A stretch of DNA of 64,000 nt from assembly GCA_033763315.1 (NCBI GenBank), contig JANRKS010000032.1, positions 416,001 through 480,000 on the forward strand. The letters run 5' to 3'. The notes beneath the pieces were generated by a model that saw only the letters and a list, made by a program, of their open reading frames with translations, ran no database searches and was not told the DNA's origin. Made by a program: the position numbers and the translations under genes. This document shows positions 10,216 through 18,684 of the stretch, piece by piece; the stretch's first letter is position 1; every line of letters begins with the position of its first letter. The DNA is from Deltaproteobacteria bacterium (GTDB taxonomy: Bacteria; Myxococcota_A; Polyangia; Fen-1088).

Positions 10216-10580
10216 CGAACCGAGACGGCGCCTGCGCGGTAGACCAAGCGACTTACGCGCGGCACCTCTGCCGGCGCCGCGGAAAGCCGGCGAGGGCGGG
10301 GGATCGGGGCAATGGCTCGGGCCATCGGGCGTGGGCCGGGCGCCGGGTCAATGCGCGGCACCGCACGCAAAGCTCCCACGCCCGCCGTTCCCGCAGCTTT
10401 GCAGTCGGGTTTGTTGGGTTGGGCAAACGCGTGCTTCATGACAAGCATCGTTGAAGCCCTTGTATCTACGGTCAAATTTTCGAACACGAAAACTTGCGTT
10501 GGCCCGCAATCACTGGGGCACACGCTTGCTCGGGCCGGCCAAATTAGCGGTCGCAGCCACTTCGGCCTTATAATGAAGCC

Positions 10581-11774
10581 GTGTCAGGCATGCTCTACGA
10601 TGTGTTCGTGGTCGGGGCGAAAGACCCTTCACCTGTGGCCCAGATGCATTTGGCCGCGGCCCTGGCCAAACATTTCCAGGCGCCCGTGGCAGACGTGTCG
10701 CAGGCCATCACCAGCCGCAACTTGCGCGCTGGCAAGTCGCTCGACGAAGCGCAGGCCCGCATCTTGTCCCAGCAACTCGCCGGCATGGGCGCCGAGACCG
10801 AATTGCGGCCCAGCATGGCGGCGGGGCGCGCGCGGCAGCCCACCATGTCGGGCGGCAAGCCGGGCACCGGTGAAGGCACGGTGCCAACACTATCGACCCT
10901 CACCACCACGCCAGGCACCGACGTTGTGGGGCGGGATCCATTCGCCGGCCACACGGCTGTGCCGCACGCGTTGCCCACGGTGGCCACCGGCCCTCATCAC
11001 AGCGGGCCGCACACCTTGGGCGGTCACATGACGGGTGTGGCCACGGGCGGCCCTCTTCCTTCGGTCCGCCCTGGCGGAAATCAGGCCACCCGCGCGGGCA
11101 CGCAGGCTGCGCCCGCCACGCGGGGGGCAGGAGGCGCACGCGACGCTTTTGGCGCGCCAGAAGAGAATCTGCCGCGCCTGGAATTGGCTCGCCCCACCAG
11201 CACAACGCGCGCCGTGACCGAGACATCCGAGGTGTTGCCCAAGGCACGCACGTCGTTGCCCGGCACCTCAGGGATGGATCACATGCGCCTCGGCGCCGCC
11301 GATAGCGGCGTGTCGGGCGTGCAATCCGAAGGTGATCAAGCCAAATCGCACATGCAGCGCTGTGCGAAGCACGGCCTCTATTACGACCAGCGCACGTCTT
11401 CTGGGTGTCGCAAGTGCCTTGAGCCGGCCAAGCAGCTCGCGCGCAAGATTGAACGCAACGCTTTGGGCTTTAAACTCATGGCTTTGCGCGATGACCCCGC
11501 CAAACGCGCCTCGTGGGGTTTGGGTTTGGCCTTGGCCTTGGGGTTCATCCCCGCGGCCTGGCACGCGCTCACCTTCGGGCGCCCCGAAATTTCCGCTCTG
11601 CGCGCGGAGCAGGCCGTGCTGTCGCAAAAAGTCGGCACCGAGGAAACGATTCGCCAATACCACGAGCTTGATAAACGCGTGCATGAGTCGCATTCCAAGC
11701 ACCGTCGCAACACCGGCTTGCTTTGGGTGGTGGTTGCGGGCGGCGCTTTAGCAGGGTGGTACCGGCTGACGTGA
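10581..11774 (+). CDS. Hypothetical membrane protein: small N-terminal alpha/beta domain, low-complexity linker, CxxH..CxxC motif, two C-terminal TM helices
   Basis: Best ORF in the interval; CAKHGLYYDQRTSSGCRKC; TATAAT 6 nt upstream. Confidence 0.75.
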   Translation: MSGMLYDVFVVGAKDPSPVAQMHLAAALAKHFQAPVADVSQAITSRNLRAGKSLDEAQARILSQQLAGMGAETELRPSMAAGRARQPTMSGGKPGTGEGTVPTLSTLTTTPGTDVVGRDPFAGHTAVPHALPTVATGPHHSGPHTLGGHMTGVATGGPLPSVRPGGNQATRAGTQAAPATRGAGGARDAFGAPEENLPRLELARPTSTTRAVTETSEVLPKARTSLPGTSGMDHMRLGAADSGVSGVQSEGDQAKSHMQRCAKHGLYYDQRTSSGCRKCLEPAKQLARKIERNALGFKLMALRDDPAKRASWGLGLALALGFIPAAWHALTFGRPEISALRAEQAVLSQKVGTEETIRQYHELDKRVHESHSKHRRNTGLLWVVVAGGALAGWYRLT

Positions 11775-11790
11775 TAGGCTTACATGCCTC

Positions 11791-12225
11791 ATGAGTGATT
11801 CTGGTTCGAGCTTCGGCGGTCGCAAGCGATCGATGCGCGATGTGGGCGGCACCTCGGGTGGCCTCGGTGAATTCTTCATAGGCGCGGCGATGGCCGCGGT
11901 GGGCGGTTATCTGTTGACGAACCAGGTGGAAGTGCACACCTCGTTCTGGCGCTTCGGCGGCTATGGCTTCGGTCCCACCCTCATCCCGCTGCTCATTGGT
12001 GTGTTCGCCCTGTTTTTCAACGCCAAATCAAAGCTTGGGTGGGTGCTCACCGTGGGTGGCGGCTTGTTCATTTTCGCCAACATCTTGATGAACATGGACA
12101 TCCTGTTTCGCCCCACAAGCTTGTTCAACACGCTGCTGATGTTGGGCCTCTTGGCAGGCGGCTTGGGGCTGGTATTCAAGAGCCTGCGCCCCCACCGGGC
12201 GGCCGCTTCAAGCGGCGATGAATGA
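11791..12225 (+). CDS. Small four-TM membrane protein
   Basis: GGTSGGLGEFFIG followed by four hydrophobic helices. Confidence 0.8.
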   Translation: MSDSGSSFGGRKRSMRDVGGTSGGLGEFFIGAAMAAVGGYLLTNQVEVHTSFWRFGGYGFGPTLIPLLIGVFALFFNAKSKLGWVLTVGGGLFIFANILMNMDILFRPTSLFNTLLMLGLLAGGLGLVFKSLRPHRAAASSGDE

Positions 12226-12267
12226 ATATCAGGCATTTTGCCTACATGTGGGTTAAGATCAAAGGCT

Positions 12268-13326
12268 GTGAGAATTGGACGTTATCTAGCCCTCGAGCTC
12301 GCCGTGTTGGCTTTGGCCGTCACGGGGTTGTCGCTCGGCATGGGCAAGTTCGCGTCCGCTTTGGCCGCGCGTTCCACCCGCGCCTACGATCGTCCCGCGC
12401 CGTGGTTGGTTCCGCGCCAAGAGCTTGATTTGCACCCGCGGCCGCTGGCACGTGAAGCGGCCGGCACCTTCTTAGGAATGGCCGACGAGCTTTTGCTTGA
12501 GCGCATCCGCAAGCAACCTGTGGTGCGCGTCAAGGTCAACAAAGGCGGCTCGTCGCTGTCGTTTCGTCTCGATTTTGCCGATGGGTCGCGGGCGGCGTTC
12601 AAACCCGCGCAGACCAATTTGCAAACCATTCCGCGCAAAGAAGTGGCGGCTTACCGCTTAAATCGCCTTTTGGGCCTCAACGCTGTGCCGCCGGCCGCGC
12701 CGCGCTCGCTGTCCCGTGAAGAACTGCTTTCGCATTTGCATCCAGACAGCGCGCCGTCCATTCCGCGCATCGAAGCTGAAACGATCTTCGCCGCCGCGGG
12801 CACGACCCAGGGGGCCGTGTCCTACTGGATTCCGGTAATCAAAGATTCTTTGCTCGATAGCCCGCAGGCTGTGGCGCAAAGCGAGCAATGGCTGACGGTG
12901 GGCCAAGAGATTCCGCGCGAAAAGCACACTTTGATGGGGCAAGTCTCGGATCTTGTGGTGTTCGACTTTCTCACGTCGAATCCCGACCGCTATTCGGGCG
13001 GCAACATGCAGATGTCGGCCGATGGCCAGAAGCTGTTTTTCATGGACAACACGATGGCGTTTTTCGTGAACGACGAGGCGCGTGAGATCAACCGCAAGGC
13101 GTTGCTGCGCACGCAGAAGTTTTCGCGTCATTTGTGGCAGGCGCTGCCGCGGCTCACGGAGTCCGCGTTTCGCGCGGCCATCTTGGAAGAGCCTGGCATC
13201 ACAGTGTCCGCCGTGCTCACGGAAGCTGAGCTGCGGGCCGTGGTGGCACGCGCCCGTTTCGCCCGGAACTACATCCACACGCTGATCGAACAGTTTGGCG
13301 AAGACCAGGTTTTGGCCTTCCCCTAG
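12268..13326 (+). CDS. Fam20C/Four-jointed-like atypical kinase with N-terminal signal anchor
   Basis: AAFKP, EVAAYRLNRLLGLNAVPP, GAVSYWIP, VFDFLTSNPDR, FFMDNTMAF mirror the Fam20 motif series. GTG start at 12268 chosen. Confidence 0.75.
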   Translation: MRIGRYLALELAVLALAVTGLSLGMGKFASALAARSTRAYDRPAPWLVPRQELDLHPRPLAREAAGTFLGMADELLLERIRKQPVVRVKVNKGGSSLSFRLDFADGSRAAFKPAQTNLQTIPRKEVAAYRLNRLLGLNAVPPAAPRSLSREELLSHLHPDSAPSIPRIEAETIFAAAGTTQGAVSYWIPVIKDSLLDSPQAVAQSEQWLTVGQEIPREKHTLMGQVSDLVVFDFLTSNPDRYSGGNMQMSADGQKLFFMDNTMAFFVNDEAREINRKALLRTQKFSRHLWQALPRLTESAFRAAILEEPGITVSAVLTEAELRAVVARARFARNYIHTLIEQFGEDQVLAFP

Positions 13327-13410
13327 CAAGTCGAGTGTCACGCAGGGGCGGGGGGCGCCCCGGGACTTTCCTTGTTTGCCGCGGGCACCCTGCTACCTTT
13401 GGGCGCTGGC

Positions 13411-14829
13411 ATGCCCTCCCCATCGTCCGGAAATATCGCTTCCCCCGCTTCGCGTGTTGCCAGAGGCGATCGCAAGACCGTGCACTTCGTGTCGTTGGGT
13501 TGCCCCAAAAACCGCGTCGACACCGAAGTGATGTTGGGGCACACGAGCGACGCCGGTTACGAGCTCGTCACCACGCCTGAAACGGCGGACGTCATCGTGA
13601 TCAACACGTGCGGCTTCATTGGCGAGGCCAAGCAAGAATCAGTCGACGCCATCCTTGAGATGGCAAAATACAAGGAAGCAGGCAGCTGCCAACGCTTGGT
13701 TGTCACGGGCTGTCTGTCGCAGCGGTATCCCAAAGAGTTGGCCGACGAAATGCCCGAAGTGGATCACTTCTTGGGCACCGATGAAGTGGATCAAATCACA
13801 ACGGCGATCTCGGCCAGCGAGCGCCGTGTGCAGGTGGTTGAAAAGCCCCGTTTCTTGTACGACGATTTGGCGCCACGGCGTCCATCAATGGCCACGCACA
13901 CGGCCTACGTGAAGATCGCCGAAGGCTGTGATCGCCCGTGCGCGTTTTGCATCATTCCACAGCTGCGTGGCCCGCAACGCAGCCGCGCCCCTGAGTCTGT
14001 GTTGCGCGAGGTGCAAGCCTTGGCGGCCGCGGGCACCAAAGAGATCTGCTTGGTGGCACAAGATCTCACCACGTATGGGCGCGATCTGCCGAATGGCAAG
14101 GATGAAGACGGCCCGCGTTTGGCCACGTTGCTTAAGTCTTTGGCGCAGGTGCAAGGCATTCGTTGGATTCGCTTGCACTACGCGTATCCCACGGCCGTCA
14201 CGGATGAGTTGTTGGATGTGATGGCGAGTGAACCACGCGTCGCCAAGTACCTCGACGTGCCTTTGCAACACGTGGACGACGGCGTCCTCAAGTCGATGCG
14301 GCGTGGCCACACATCGAAGGCCGTTTACGATTTGGTTGAACGCGCGCGCCGCAAGGTGCCGGGCCTGACCTTGCGGACCACCTTTATCGTGGGTCATCCC
14401 GGTGAAACGGATGAAGCGTTCGAGAAGCTGCGCGCCTTTGTGGCGGGAGCGGATCTCGATCGGGTAGGTGTATTCCCGTATTCCAAAGAAGACGGCACCG
14501 TGTCGGCGTTGCTGCCGTTGCGCGTTCTAAAAAAGGACTCCGATTCTCGGCGCCGCGCGCTCATGCGCCTGCAGCGCGACATCTCCAAAAAGAAGATGGC
14601 GGCGTTCAAAGGCAAAGAGATCGAAGTGCTGGTGGAAGGGCCGTCCGAGGAATCGGAATACGTCCTTAAAGGTCGCCACGAAGGCCAAGCCCCGGAGATT
14701 GACGGGCAGGTGTTCTTGACGCTAGACGAATACCAGCCGCGTCAAGGTGAGCTCGTGCGTGCCATTGTCACGGGCAGCGCTGAATACGATTTGGCGGCCA
14801 CGGTTCTTGGGCCCGCTCACGTGTCATAA
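13411..14829 (+). CDS. rimO: Ribosomal protein S12 methylthiotransferase
   Basis: SLGCPKNRVD, INTCGFI..AKQES, VTGCLSQRY, KIAEGCDRPCAFC (radical SAM), RLHYAYP, APEIDG TRAM region. Confidence 0.96.
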   Translation: MPSPSSGNIASPASRVARGDRKTVHFVSLGCPKNRVDTEVMLGHTSDAGYELVTTPETADVIVINTCGFIGEAKQESVDAILEMAKYKEAGSCQRLVVTGCLSQRYPKELADEMPEVDHFLGTDEVDQITTAISASERRVQVVEKPRFLYDDLAPRRPSMATHTAYVKIAEGCDRPCAFCIIPQLRGPQRSRAPESVLREVQALAAAGTKEICLVAQDLTTYGRDLPNGKDEDGPRLATLLKSLAQVQGIRWIRLHYAYPTAVTDELLDVMASEPRVAKYLDVPLQHVDDGVLKSMRRGHTSKAVYDLVERARRKVPGLTLRTTFIVGHPGETDEAFEKLRAFVAGADLDRVGVFPYSKEDGTVSALLPLRVLKKDSDSRRRALMRLQRDISKKKMAAFKGKEIEVLVEGPSEESEYVLKGRHEGQAPEIDGQVFLTLDEYQPRQGELVRAIVTGSAEYDLAATVLGPAHVS

Positions 14830-14971
14830 AGCCGCCAAAGCGCCACATCGCTGACGCTTCTCGCTGGCTTACCTTGGCACCGGGCCATTTTTACCCGGCT
14901 GGTCCACCTCCTAGCCCACGCAAGGTTCAACCGGTGCGCCGTTCTGCCGATGGGTTCTTCGGAAACCCATA

Positions 14972-16525
14972 GTGGCCACCAATTCTTTTCCACCCAACGA
15001 CGATGACGCCGAGCGCGCGCTCGAGCCTGGCACGCGGCTCGGTCGCTATCAGCTCGTGCGGTTATTGGGCCACGGCGGTATGGGCGCGGTGTATGAAGCG
15101 ATCCACGTTGATCTGAAAAAGCGCGTGGCGCTCAAAACGCTGTTGCGTAAGCACGCGTCCAACAAAGACTCGCGCGCGCGGTTCTTGCGCGAAGGCGAGG
15201 CAGCGTCCCGCATACGCCATCCGAACGTGGTGGACGTCACCGACGTGGGATTGGATAAGGGCATTCCATTCTTGGTGATGGAATACCTCACCGGCCAAAG
15301 CTTGCACGATCTGTTGACCAAGCGTGGTTCGTTGCCTCTGGTTGAAGCCGTGTCGCTGATGCTGCCTGTGCTTTCAGCGGTCGCAGAAGGGCACCGTCGG
15401 GGCGTCTTTCACCGTGATCTCAAACCCCACAACATTTTCGTCGGGCAAACGCGCGCCGGCGAGGTGCTGCCGAAGGTGCTCGATTTTGGCATCTCGAAAC
15501 TCAAAGACGAAGGCAAACCGAACACGTTTACGGAAGCCAATTCGTTCTTAGGCACCGTGACCTATATGTCGCCCGAACAAGCGCGCGCCGCGCGTTCGGT
15601 GGACGGCCGCAGCGATGAGTATTCGCTGGCGGTGGTGCTGTATCAATGCGTGACCGGGCGAACGCCGCACGTGGGTGAAAATACGATCGAACTTATCTAC
15701 AAGATCGCTTCTGGCGAGTTCGATCCACCGCGCAAGCACCGGCCCGATCTGCCGCAAGAGTTTGAATCCGTCTTGATGCGCGCGTTGTGTACGAGTCCCG
15801 ACGCGCGCTATGAGTCCGTGCGCCTGTTTGCGTCGGCCCTCTTGCCGTTCGCTTCACAAGAAGCGCGTGCGTTGTGGGAGCGCGAGTTCACCGAACGTGA
15901 GCGGCCTTTGACGCCTGCGCCGCCGGCCCCCGATTCCACCTTGGCCGCGCTGGCGACTTTGACCACTCTCAACGGCGCCACCACGCTCAGTGGCAGCGCT
16001 TCAGAAGTGGACGGGCCACCATTGTTTCCGACGGGACGACGTTTTCCGCGGTTGCCCATCGCTTTGGCGGGCGCCGCCATTTTGACCGCGGCGTTGGCGT
16101 TCTTCATTTCCTCGAAGCTATCGTCGCGGACGCCTTCGCGCCCAGAGGTGATCGCGTCGACCGTGAGTCCTCGTCCAACGAACGGTGAAAAGAATGTGCG
16201 CACGTTCTCGATCAAGGCGAGCGCGCCGCACGCGCTTATCGAGCTCGATGGCGTTGCTGTTGGCACGGGTGTGGCCAAACAAGCCGTGCCCGTGTCAGAG
16301 CAGCCGCATCACCTTAAAATTACGGCGCTAGGGTTCCATCCCTACGAGACGATGTTCACTGCCGACGCTTTGCCGCCCGCGTTTGTGGAGCTGGAGCGTG
16401 TGGCTGCCGCCGCGCCCGCCGGGGCCGCGCGAAAAGCGCAATCTGTTGCCAAAGCCACAGGTCCCATCAAGGGCAAATCTGGCAAGCCAAAGCGTGGCAC
16501 AAACAACGCGCTGATCTTGGAATAG
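14972..16525 (+). CDS. Membrane-anchored Hanks-type Ser/Thr protein kinase with C-terminal PEGA-like domain
   Basis: GHGGMG, VALK, HRDLKPHN, DFG, YMSPE; TM helix; ALIELDG..LKITALGF. Confidence 0.93.
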   Translation: MATNSFPPNDDDAERALEPGTRLGRYQLVRLLGHGGMGAVYEAIHVDLKKRVALKTLLRKHASNKDSRARFLREGEAASRIRHPNVVDVTDVGLDKGIPFLVMEYLTGQSLHDLLTKRGSLPLVEAVSLMLPVLSAVAEGHRRGVFHRDLKPHNIFVGQTRAGEVLPKVLDFGISKLKDEGKPNTFTEANSFLGTVTYMSPEQARAARSVDGRSDEYSLAVVLYQCVTGRTPHVGENTIELIYKIASGEFDPPRKHRPDLPQEFESVLMRALCTSPDARYESVRLFASALLPFASQEARALWEREFTERERPLTPAPPAPDSTLAALATLTTLNGATTLSGSASEVDGPPLFPTGRRFPRLPIALAGAAILTAALAFFISSKLSSRTPSRPEVIASTVSPRPTNGEKNVRTFSIKASAPHALIELDGVAVGTGVAKQAVPVSEQPHHLKITALGFHPYETMFTADALPPAFVELERVAAAAPAGAARKAQSVAKATGPIKGKSGKPKRGTNNALILE

Positions 16526-16528
16526 CCG

Positions 16529-17503
16529 ATGCGATCGCGACACCTTATCTTGCTTGCGTGTTTGGCACTGACCTTCATGTGGCGGCCAACGGTCATGGCC
16601 GCCCCTGCCGATGGCAGTGAAGCGCTGATTCGTGAAGGCCTCAGCCTGCGCCGCAATGGCGATGACGAAGGCGCGCTCGAGCGGTTTTCCCGCGCAGCCG
16701 CGATCCACCGTGGTGGCCGCGTGTTGGCGCAAATTGCGTTGGCTGAGCAGGCGCTCGGGCGTTGGGTGGACGCCGAAGCGCATCTGGTCGAATCGCTCGG
16801 CTTGCGCGAGGAAGCGTGGATTGCAAAGAATCGACCCCTGCTCGAAAGCGCGTTGGCCGACATCTCTGGGCATCTTGGCACCTTAGAGCTCATAAGCAGC
16901 GTCGCGGGGGCCAGGGTGAAGGTCAATGGAACTGAACGTGGCACGATGCCTTTGCGCGCGCCTCTGCGTGTTCCCTCAGGCACCGTCACCGTTGAACTTG
17001 AAGCCGACGGATACTTCCCACTCGCGCGGGGCGTGGTGGTGTTGGCGGGGGGCAAGGCGCGCGAGACGTTGAATATGGTGCCGGTCAAAGAGAATCTGCC
17101 CACGGTGGCGTTGCTGCCCCGCCCGCAAACGGTCGAGCCTGCCGCTTCCATGTTGGTGCAACCCGCGGACGCGCCGCCAGCACCCTCAGGGCGTTGGCAA
17201 CGTCGAGCGGCGTGGACGACGGCTGTGGCTGCCGGCGCGCTGTTGGTTTACGGCGGCATCAGCCACTATCAGCGCGAGCACGCCGTCAAGGACGGCACAC
17301 GCGACGGTTGCACGCAAATCAGCACGGATCCGAAATGCGAGAGCTTGCGCGCGGATCTGGACGCATACGAGACGAAGATGGCGATCGGCTATGCAGGCGC
17401 CGCGGCGCTGGCTGCAACCTCGGGCCTCTTGTTCTGGTTGGCGCCTGAGTCGTCTTCCAGCAACAGCGCCAGCGCCACCTTGTTCATGCGAGGTAGCTTC
17501 TAA
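16529..17503 (+). CDS. Exported TPR + PEGA domain protein
   Basis: Signal peptide, TPR-like helices (QIALAEQALGRWVDAE), PEGA (GARVKVNG..GTMPL..ADGYFP), two hydrophobic segments, C-terminal RGSF. Confidence 0.85.
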   Translation: MRSRHLILLACLALTFMWRPTVMAAPADGSEALIREGLSLRRNGDDEGALERFSRAAAIHRGGRVLAQIALAEQALGRWVDAEAHLVESLGLREEAWIAKNRPLLESALADISGHLGTLELISSVAGARVKVNGTERGTMPLRAPLRVPSGTVTVELEADGYFPLARGVVVLAGGKARETLNMVPVKENLPTVALLPRPQTVEPAASMLVQPADAPPAPSGRWQRRAAWTTAVAAGALLVYGGISHYQREHAVKDGTRDGCTQISTDPKCESLRADLDAYETKMAIGYAGAAALAATSGLLFWLAPESSSSNSASATLFMRGSF

Positions 17504-18621
17504 TGGCAAGGCGCGTGTCATTGCCCGCGGTTCGCGTGGGCCTGTTCGCTGTCGCTGCGCTTGTGTGGGGGTGTTCCGAGTTGCCGCTCGGCTCGCCTGA
17601 CGCTGAAGATGTGATACCAGCTGCTGACGCCGCCGCCGGCGGGACCTCGGTGTTGCCGATGGGCGGCCAGGGGGCGTTGGCGCTGCTTGGCGGCGGCGGC
17701 CAACCTTCTGGCGGGACCGCTGGCGTGCCTTCAGGCGGCGGTGGCACACCCAACACCGGTGGCACACCAAACACAGGTGGTGCCTTCAACACAGGTGGCA
17801 CACCAAACACTGGCGGCACACCAAACACTGGCGGCACACCAAACACAGGTGGCACACCAAACACTGGCGGCACACCGAACACAGGTGGGGCCCCCAACAC
17901 TTGTCAACCCGAGCGCATCACTTGCTCAATCATGACGCGCACCGTGTGCGATGCGAGTGGCACCGTCGCGACCACCTGCCAATTTGGCTGCCTGACTGGC
18001 ACCACAGATTGCCGCGAGTGCCCCACCGATGGCGTCATCGATTGCCCTTCAAACACCACCACACGCTCGTGTACCAACGGCCGATGGACCGCGACCACCG
18101 CCTGCTTGGCCACCAAGGTGTGCGAGGCCAACAAGGGCTGCGTGTGTCCCGCAGGCCAAGGCTCGTTGCTTGGCAAATGCTACGAAACAGCCGGTTTCAC
18201 AGTGCCCTTCAACTATCTGGGGACTGTTAGCCCAGGCTTTCTTTATGTTCAGAAGATGAATCTTTCAAGGGCCGGCAACGTTGTGGGCCTAGGGATGCTG
18301 GGGCAAACTGGATCGGGCCGCGCCCGCATGGTTCTTTATAAAGACGCCAGTGGCCCTTCATCGCTTGTTTCTGAAACACCCCCTTTTGACGTGTTCAGAG
18401 GCCAAGTGAACGTCGCGGCCACCGCCACAGTCGCCGTCACGGCGGGTGCGTATTGGGTGGGCGCGGTCTTCGAAACCACAGGCAAGTTCAACCAAGACTA
18501 CAACACCTCGGTGAACGCACGCACGCGGGCTCACCCTTTCACGACATCGTTTCCGGCGACGTTTGGCAGCGGCACAGATTCGACGCCGCCACCCATCAAC
18601 TACTACGTGCTGATCGAATAG
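17503..18621 (+). CDS. Cys-rich lipoprotein with (GGTPNT)9 linker and C-terminal beta-sandwich domain
   Basis: Lipobox VWGC, Gly/Thr repeat, Cys-rich EGF-like stretch; TAATG coupling to the upstream gene. Confidence 0.82.
   Translation: MARRVSLPAVRVGLFAVAALVWGCSELPLGSPDAEDVIPAADAAAGGTSVLPMGGQGALALLGGGGQPSGGTAGVPSGGGGTPNTGGTPNTGGAFNTGGTPNTGGTPNTGGTPNTGGTPNTGGTPNTGGAPNTCQPERITCSIMTRTVCDASGTVATTCQFGCLTGTTDCRECPTDGVIDCPSNTTTRSCTNGRWTATTACLATKVCEANKGCVCPAGQGSLLGKCYETAGFTVPFNYLGTVSPGFLYVQKMNLSRAGNVVGLGMLGQTGSGRARMVLYKDASGPSSLVSETPPFDVFRGQVNVAATATVAVTAGAYWVGAVFETTGKFNQDYNTSVNARTRAHPFTTSFPATFGSGTDSTPPPINYYVLIE
17740..17901 (+). repeat. Intragenic 18-bp tandem repeat x9 (consensus GGYGGCACACCAAACACW)
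   Basis: Directly visible; encodes GGTPNT x7 plus GGAFNT and GGAPNT. Confidence 0.95.
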
Positions 18622-18684
18622 CCACAGTCCTGTGTTGAACTTGTCATCGCATCGGCACGCCGCGGTCACCGCGGCCTCGATACG

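Noticed and set aside
17740-17901. Regular repeats as a possible CRISPR array
   Set aside because: Units are contiguous with no unique spacers, are in frame within a lipoprotein, and no cas genes are present.
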